From an uncultured Rhodobacteraceae bacterium (GTDB lineage Bacteria > Pseudomonadota > Alphaproteobacteria > Rhodobacterales > Rhodobacteraceae), in the NCBI GenBank assembly GCA_947489705.1, contig CANLEQ010000007.1, positions 93,937-157,936 on the forward strand: a stretch of 64,000 bases of DNA, given 5' to 3'. This document shows positions 57,211 to 64,000 of this stretch, in pieces; position 1 is the first letter of the stretch; each line of letters starts with the position of its first letter. A model generated the notes under the pieces. That model did not search any database. It was not told the origin of the DNA and saw nothing but the letters and a program-made list of their open reading frames with translations. A program made the position numbers and the translations under genes.

Positions 57211-59496
57211 ATGAGCGATACCGAAGATAGAAAGGCGGCGCTGCGTGCCGCGGCGCTCGATTATCATCGTTATCCACGTCCGGGAAAACTCGAGGTTCGT
57301 GCGACCAAGCCGCTCGCCAACGGACGGGATCTGTCCCGCGCCTATTCGCCCGGCGTCGCCGAGGCCTGCCTCGAGATCAAGGCCGATCCCGACGCCGCGC
57401 GCGATTACACGTCGCGCGGCAATCTGGTCGGCGTCGTGTCGAACGGCACGGCCGTCCTGGGACTGGGCAACATTGGCGGACTGGCCTCGAAGCCGGTGAT
57501 GGAGGGCAAGGCGGTCCTCTTCAAGAAATTCGCCAATATCGACTGTTTCGACATCGAGCTCGACGAGAGCGATCCCGTAAAGCTGGCCGAGATCGTCTGT
57601 GCGCTCGAGCCGACATTCGGGGCCATAAACCTCGAAGATATCAAATCCCCCGATTGCTTCATCGTCGAGCAGATCTGCAGGGAGCGGATGAACATTCCCG
57701 TCTTCCACGACGACCAGCACGGCACGGCGATCGTCGTGGGGGCGGCCGCGACGAACGCGCTGCGGGTCGCGGGAAAAGCGTTCGAGGATATCAAGATCGT
57801 CTCGACGGGCGGTGGCGCCGCCGGGATCGCCTGTCTGGACATGCTGGTGAAGCTCGGGGTGCGGCGCGAGAACATCTGGCTTTGCGATATCGCGGGACTG
57901 GTCCACGAGGGGCGCGAGGAAGACATGACGCCGCAGAAGGCCGCTTTCGCGCAGCCGGGCGGTGCGCGGTCCCTCGGCGACGTGATCGACGGGGCGGACC
58001 TGTTCCTGGGGCTTTCGGGGCCGGGTGTGCTCAAGCCCGAGATGGTCGAGCGGATGGCCCCGCGCCCGATCATCTTCGCGCTGGCCAATCCCACGCCCGA
58101 GATCGACCCCGAAGAGGTTCGCCGCGTGGCGCCCGAGGCGATGATCGCCACGGGACGGTCGGATTTCCCGAACCAGGTGAACAACGTCCTGTGCTTTCCC
58201 TTCATCTTCCGGGGCGCGCTCGATGTGGGTGCGACGGTCATCAACGACGAGATGAAGATCGCCTGCGTCGAGGGCATCGCCGAGCTTGCGCGCAAGACGA
58301 CGAGCGCGGAGGCCGCCGCGGCCTATCAGGGCGAGCAACTGACCTTCGGGCCGGATTACCTGATCCCGAAACCGTTCGATCCGCGGCTGATGGGCGTGGT
58401 GGCGAGCGCGGTCGCCCAGGCCGCCGTCGCCTCGGGCGTGGCCGAGCGCCCGATCGAGGACATGGACGCCTACAAGCGCAAGCTCGACGGATCGGTGTTC
58501 CGCTCCGCGCTCATCATGCGGCCGGTCTTCGATGCGGCGGCGACGACCAGCCGCCGCATCGCCTTCGCCGAGGGCGAGGACGAGCGCGTGCTGCGCGCAG
58601 CGCACGCCATGCTCGAGGAGACGACCGACAAGCCGATCCTGATCGGCCGACCCGAAGTGATCGAGCTGCGCGCCGAGCGTGCCGGCCTCCAGATCCGCCC
58701 GGGCGTGGATTTCGATATCGTGAACCCGGAAAGCGATGCGCGTTACCGCGATTACTGGGGGACCTATCACACCATCATGCAGCGGCGCGGCGTGACGCCC
58801 GATCTCGCGAAGGCAATCATGCGGACCAACAGCACCGCCATCGGCGCCGTGATGGTGCATCGCGACGAGGCGGATTCGCTGATCTGCGGCACGTTCGGGC
58901 AATATCTTTGGCACCTCAACTACGTGAGCCAGGTCCTGGGGACAGCGGAGCTCCGCGCCGTGGGGGCGTTGTCGCTGATGGTGCTCGAGGACGGGCCGCT
59001 CTTCATCGCGGATACGCATGTTCACCCCTCACCCACGCCCGAGCAGATCGCCGAGACGGTGATGGCCTCGGCCCGGCATGTCCGCCGCTTCGGGGTCACG
59101 CCCAAGATCGCGCTCTGCTCGCATTCGCAATTCGGCAATTTCGACTGCGATACCGGGATCAGGATGCGCGCGGCGCTCGAGATCCTCGACAGCGCCCCGC
59201 GCGATTTCTGCTACGAGGGCGAGATGCATGCGGATGCCGCGCTCGACGGGGAACTGCGCGCGCGGATCTTTCCCAACAGCCGGATGGAAGGCGCCGCCAA
59301 CACGCTCGTCTTCGCCAATACCGATGCCGCGTCGGGCGTCCGCAACATTCTCAAGATGAAGGCCGGCGGGCTGGAGGTCGGACCGATCCTCATGGGGATG
59401 GGCAACCGGGCGCATATCGTCACCAGCTCGATCACCGCGCGGGGGCTTCTCAACATGTCGGCCATCGCCGGCACGCCCGTGACGCATTACGGATAG
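57211..59496 (+). CDS. maeB: NADP-dependent malic enzyme with C-terminal phosphotransacetylase-like domain
   Basis: YSPGVAE, GLGNIGGLASKPVMEGK, FHDDQHGTA, plus a ~330-aa PTA-like C-terminal domain; 761 aa. Confidence 0.93.
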   Translation: MSDTEDRKAALRAAALDYHRYPRPGKLEVRATKPLANGRDLSRAYSPGVAEACLEIKADPDAARDYTSRGNLVGVVSNGTAVLGLGNIGGLASKPVMEGKAVLFKKFANIDCFDIELDESDPVKLAEIVCALEPTFGAINLEDIKSPDCFIVEQICRERMNIPVFHDDQHGTAIVVGAAATNALRVAGKAFEDIKIVSTGGGAAGIACLDMLVKLGVRRENIWLCDIAGLVHEGREEDMTPQKAAFAQPGGARSLGDVIDGADLFLGLSGPGVLKPEMVERMAPRPIIFALANPTPEIDPEEVRRVAPEAMIATGRSDFPNQVNNVLCFPFIFRGALDVGATVINDEMKIACVEGIAELARKTTSAEAAAAYQGEQLTFGPDYLIPKPFDPRLMGVVASAVAQAAVASGVAERPIEDMDAYKRKLDGSVFRSALIMRPVFDAAATTSRRIAFAEGEDERVLRAAHAMLEETTDKPILIGRPEVIELRAERAGLQIRPGVDFDIVNPESDARYRDYWGTYHTIMQRRGVTPDLAKAIMRTNSTAIGAVMVHRDEADSLICGTFGQYLWHLNYVSQVLGTAELRAVGALSLMVLEDGPLFIADTHVHPSPTPEQIAETVMASARHVRRFGVTPKIALCSHSQFGNFDCDTGIRMRAALEILDSAPRDFCYEGEMHADAALDGELRARIFPNSRMEGAANTLVFANTDAASGVRNILKMKAGGLEVGPILMGMGNRAHIVTSSITARGLLNMSAIAGTPVTHYG

Positions 59497-59543
59497 CCCG
59501 TCCGGCTCGGCGGGGCAGGCTTCGGCCGGTTCGCGGCAATCGA

Positions 59544-60425
59544 TCAGGCGCGGTCGAACGCGTCGAACGTCGCCTTCATGCGCTCCGCGCTCGCGCGGCG
59601 CCCGGTGAAGAGTTCGAACGCCCGGACCGCCTGGAACACCGCCATGCCCGATCCGGGCAGCACGCGGCATCCTCGCGCGCGGGCCTCGGCCAGCAGCGTC
59701 GTCTCGAGCGGGAAATAGACGATGTCGACCACCCATTGCGAAGGCCGCAGCAGATCGGTGTCGATGGCGGCCCCCGGCAACTTGGCCATGCCCATGGGCG
59801 TGGCGTTGACGATTCCGTCGGGGCGATCGTCTTCGTAGAGCACGGCGGCATCCGTGACCGCACGGGCATGACAGCCGGGGCAGTTTCGCGAGACCTGACG
59901 CGCGAGAGCGACGGCGCGTTCGGGATCGACATCGAGGATCGAAAGCCGCGCGACACCGCATCCGGCAAGCGCATGGGCGACGGCGACCCCTGCCCCGCCC
60001 GCGCCGAGCAGCAGCACGTGGTCGCTCGACACGCCGGAGAGCCCCGTGCGAAAGGCCTCGGCAAAGCCCCAGAGATCGGTATTGTGCCCGATCCGCGCTC
60101 CGCCGCGGAAGATCACGGTGTTCACCGCACCCACGGCACGCGCATCGTCGGAGAGCGCGGTCAAGTGATCGAGCACGCCGATCTTGAAGGGATAGGTGAT
60201 GTTGAGGCCGGCAAGCCCTTCGGCCTCCGCACTGTCGAGAACCGCCCCCAGATCGGCGCCGTCATGGCGGGGATCGTCGAAGTCGATCAGTCGATAGCGC
60301 GCGCTCATACCCTGCGCGCGCGCTTCGGCTTCGTGCATCGCGGGCGTCCGCGACAAGGCGATCCCGCGACCCACCAGGGCGGCTTCGAACCCGTCCGCGG
60401 GCGGATCGCGGGCGTCCTCCATCAT
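59544..60425 (-). CDS. Shikimate/quinate dehydrogenase family protein (AroE/YdiB-like)
   Basis: SRTPAMHEAE, NITYPFK, AVNTV, NTD, LLLGAGGAGVAVAHAL. Confidence 0.85.
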   Translation of the reverse strand: MMEDARDPPADGFEAALVGRGIALSRTPAMHEAEARAQGMSARYRLIDFDDPRHDGADLGAVLDSAEAEGLAGLNITYPFKIGVLDHLTALSDDARAVGAVNTVIFRGGARIGHNTDLWGFAEAFRTGLSGVSSDHVLLLGAGGAGVAVAHALAGCGVARLSILDVDPERAVALARQVSRNCPGCHARAVTDAAVLYEDDRPDGIVNATPMGMAKLPGAAIDTDLLRPSQWVVDIVYFPLETTLLAEARARGCRVLPGSGMAVFQAVRAFELFTGRRASAERMKATFDAFDRA

Positions 60426-60471
60426 CTGTCCTCCGGCGCTTCGGCCAATCCGGCCCCGACCGCCCCGTCGG

Positions 60472-61398
60472 TCATGGCTTGATCACGATGCGGCCGTCTT
60501 CGCCCGACGTCCAGGCCGACCAGTATCCCCCCCATCGCTTGACCAGCGCCTTATTCCGTTCGGCCAGCGCAACGCGCCCAAGGGCGAACGCATGGTCGCA
60601 CAGTGTCTCCTTGCGGTCGCGGATCAGGGCGCCGAACGCGTCGAGATCGGCGCTCGCACCGAAATCCTCCGGGGCGTCGCGCAGCCGCGCCTCGAGCACG
60701 GCCAGATCGTGATGATCGCCCAGGACGTCGGAAAGATCATCGAAAGCGTCGGCATGCGGGTCCATCATCGCGGGCAGCGTCCCACCGACAAGGCGCGTGT
60801 GGTACCAGTGGTATTTCACCCGCTTGCGCCAATCATGCAGGGCTGTGTCGTCCCGGATCGACCACGCCTTCTGCATCTGCAGGCGCGCGCGCTTGTGGGT
60901 CCGGCCCAGGCCACCGGCGATCGCGTCGAACCCGTCATCCGTGAGCGTCCATGTCGCGGCGCGCTTTCGGGCGGCCTTCATTTCGCTGCGGAAGCGCTGC
61001 ATCCGGTCCTGCGTCTCCGGGTCGCGGCGCATCCGGTTGGCATCCCGGGTCAGACGCGCGCGGATGGCGGCGAAATCACGGCGGTCGATCCGATCCTCGA
61101 AATGGGCGGTTACGGCATCGTAGGTCTGTATCAGGGTCCGGGCATCGCGCATGCCCGAGATGAGCCGCGCCGCGTCGCGGAACGCCCGGTTCTCGACCTC
61201 GTAGCCGTGGAAGGCCGGGCGGACGAGCCGGACCAGCCCCCGCAGCTTCTTACAGCGTTTGCGGACCTGATGCACCTTCTCCGCGTAGTCCAGGTTCGCG
61301 TCGTCGATCTCGTCCAGGGCGCGGCCGAGCTGTTCGTCCGCGATCCGGCGCATGGCGTCCTGAACCGAGGCGTCGCCCTTCTTGATGCGGTAGGCCAT
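60472..61398 (-). CDS. CHAD domain protein (stand-alone)
   Basis: All-helical, basic. VHQVRKRCKKLRGLVRLVRP and LHDWRKRVKYHWY motifs typical of CHAD. Start MAYRIKK at 61398 preceded by GAAGAGG. Confidence 0.8.
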   Translation of the reverse strand: MAYRIKKGDASVQDAMRRIADEQLGRALDEIDDANLDYAEKVHQVRKRCKKLRGLVRLVRPAFHGYEVENRAFRDAARLISGMRDARTLIQTYDAVTAHFEDRIDRRDFAAIRARLTRDANRMRRDPETQDRMQRFRSEMKAARKRAATWTLTDDGFDAIAGGLGRTHKRARLQMQKAWSIRDDTALHDWRKRVKYHWYHTRLVGGTLPAMMDPHADAFDDLSDVLGDHHDLAVLEARLRDAPEDFGASADLDAFGALIRDRKETLCDHAFALGRVALAERNKALVKRWGGYWSAWTSGEDGRIVIKP

Positions 61399-61522
61399 CC
61401 TCTTCGCTCTCCGGTTGGGCGGCATCGCGATCCGCTGGGGGTACCGGGACAGGAACGCCGCCGTCGCGGACGGGTTCACCCAGCCGGTGGTGACCGCCTC
61501 GGAAAGCCCGGCCCGAGGGGGT

Positions 61523-62992
61523 TCATCGCGACAGATAGCTGCGCAGCGCCGCTTCGGTTCCGTCGGACCAGATCAGCCCGAGCCAGCGGTCGAACGCGTC
61601 GGCGAAAGGCGGGCGGTCGGCAAGATCGCCGTACCAGCGCCGCTGCTCCAGCCAGGCGCGCGGACGCTCTTTGGCCTCGGCCGCCGCGGCCTGGAGCGCG
61701 TCCCAGTGGGGATCGTTCGGCTCGATCGTGGAGCCATCTTCCCGCGTGCCCTCGCACATGCGCGCCCAGAGTGCCTCGGCCAGCGCCATTCCCTCGACCG
61801 ATGCGTTCGCCTCGAGGGCATCGCGCAGAACGGGCAGATTGAAGCCGGTATGCCGCGAGGAGCCGTCGAAGGCCACGCGGCGGGTCGTGTCGCGGATCTC
61901 GGCGTTGGAAAACCGCTGCTCGATCAGGTCGATATAGGCCGAAGGGGTCATTCCCGGAACGGGATGGACATGGGGCGCGATCTCCTCGGTCTCGATCTTG
62001 CGGAAAAGTCCGTGAATGAGCGGATGCGCCATGCAGTCGGCGATGGTCTCGACCGAGAGGATCTCGCCGGGATTGGCGATGATCTGGTGGCCGCCGTTGA
62101 GAATGCGGATCTTCATCGCCTCGTAGGAATGGACGTCGTCGGTCAGGGTCGCACCGACATCCTCCCAGGCCGGCCTGCCGGCGCAGAACCGGTCCTCGAT
62201 CACCCATTGGCGAAAGTTCTCGTGCGTGACCGGGGCCTTGTCGTCCACGCCGAAGTCGCGCGCGAGGGCGAGCTCCGACTGGCCGGTCGCCGGCACGATG
62301 CAATCGACCATCGAATTGGGGAAGGTGCAATTTGTGTCGATCCAGTCGGCGAGATCGGGATCGGAAAGGCGCGCGAGGCCCACCACCGTCTGGCGCAGGA
62401 TCTCGCCGTTGCCCTGCAGGTTGTCGCAGGACTGGCAGGTGAAGGGTCCGGTTCCGGCCTCGCGGCGCAGGCGCAGCGCCTCGACCATCGCGCCGAAGGC
62501 TGTCTTGGGCGCGCGCGGCGTCTCGGCATCGTGCCGAATGTCGTCATGGCCCGCGTCCAGTGCCCCGTCGGCATCCTGAAAATACCCCCCTTCCGTCACC
62601 GTCAGCGAGACGATGCGGATCGCGGGATCGGCCATCTGCGCGACGAGCGGCGCGTTGTCGTCGGCCACCGGCACGTAGTCGATCATCGCGCCAGTAACCT
62701 CGGCGGATTTGCCGGACGGGTCGAGCTCGATCAGGGTGGTGAGGCAATCCTGCGCCAACAGCTTCTCGCGGGTCTGTGCGTCGGCGGGGCGCACGCCGGC
62801 ACCGACGATGGCCCAGTCCTGCGCCTGCCCCCGATCCATGAGCCGGTGCAGATACCATGCCTGGTGGGCACGATGAAAATTGCCCAGACCGATATGGACG
62901 ATGCCCGGCGTCATCGCCGCGCGATCGTAGGAGGGGACGCGGATCCCGTCCGGCAGGTCGGTCAATGTGGCGTTGGAAAGGGGGATGGTCAT
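61523..62992 (-). CDS. Mannitol dehydrogenase family oxidoreductase (mannitol 2-dehydrogenase MtlK-like / fructuronate reductase-like)
   Basis: IVHIGLGNFHRAHQAWY, SLTVTEGGY, SCDNLQGNG, NSMVDCIVP. Start MTIPLSN at 62992. Confidence 0.9.
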   Translation of the reverse strand: MTIPLSNATLTDLPDGIRVPSYDRAAMTPGIVHIGLGNFHRAHQAWYLHRLMDRGQAQDWAIVGAGVRPADAQTREKLLAQDCLTTLIELDPSGKSAEVTGAMIDYVPVADDNAPLVAQMADPAIRIVSLTVTEGGYFQDADGALDAGHDDIRHDAETPRAPKTAFGAMVEALRLRREAGTGPFTCQSCDNLQGNGEILRQTVVGLARLSDPDLADWIDTNCTFPNSMVDCIVPATGQSELALARDFGVDDKAPVTHENFRQWVIEDRFCAGRPAWEDVGATLTDDVHSYEAMKIRILNGGHQIIANPGEILSVETIADCMAHPLIHGLFRKIETEEIAPHVHPVPGMTPSAYIDLIEQRFSNAEIRDTTRRVAFDGSSRHTGFNLPVLRDALEANASVEGMALAEALWARMCEGTREDGSTIEPNDPHWDALQAAAAEAKERPRAWLEQRRWYGDLADRPPFADAFDRWLGLIWSDGTEAALRSYLSR

Positions 62993-63168
62993 GGTCAAAC
63001 CTCGGGGTTCTTCGGGGGCCGAAGCCGGCATGTCCGCCGGGCCGCGGCCTGGTTGTTCGTCCGGGCGATGCCGCCTGCGGCACCCGCCGCGAGGATCGCG
63101 ACGCCGACATGCGCCGTCGCGATCGATGGGCCTCGTCCCTGCCGCGGAGCGCGCCGCGGTTCAAGGCG

Positions 63169-64000
<832 letters not shown>

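Noticed and set aside
63032-63168. Missing sorbitol dehydrogenase (smoS-like) gene between the ABC ATPase and the mannitol dehydrogenase homologue, possible gene remnant
   Set aside because: The gap is only 137 bp and shows no frame with residual SDR motifs. It is more simply an intergenic spacer.

Overview
High-GC (roughly two-thirds G+C by eye) alphaproteobacterial, Rhodobacterales-like chromosomal DNA, densely coding, about 62 protein genes. No rRNA, tRNA, CRISPR array, transposase, integrase or phage gene was seen. Many adjacent genes share 4-nt start/stop overlaps (ATGA, GTGA, TTGA), which I used to fix starts and infer operons. In order: (1) tail of a Rieske oxygenase plus its reductase, a LysR regulator, and a convergent SDR plus split-transketolase operon. 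(2) A ~12.6 kb glycan locus (5.2-17.8 kb): Wzx-like flippase, FkbM and CmoA-family SAM enzymes, five glycosyltransferases, UDP-xylose synthase, a GT-C-like polytopic membrane protein and an FAD oxidoreductase. (3) cyoABCD quinol oxidase, a three-subunit flavoprotein/cytochrome c dehydrogenase and a YdeP-type molybdoenzyme. (4) A lone TRAP binding protein, a DenD-like dehydrogenase and a GntR regulator. (5) A six-gene putative metal-handling operon joining a MacB/FtsX-type ABC system to DUF4198, a small secreted protein and a ZnuA-like binding protein. (6) Housekeeping genes: ushA-like, DUF952-pyrD, MATE, thioesterases, putative Mn transporter. (7) A beta-oxidation cluster with two MerR regulators. 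(8) The upp-add-deoB-deoA-cdd nucleoside operon, two DUF3072 genes, maeB, a shikimate dehydrogenase homologue, a CHAD protein, a mannitol dehydrogenase homologue and a truncated sugar ABC ATPase. The most unusual candidates are the metal operon (31.3-35.8 kb) and the UXS/GT2/GT-C triad with a CmoA homologue in the glycan locus. All family assignments come from motif recognition by eye and none from database searches.
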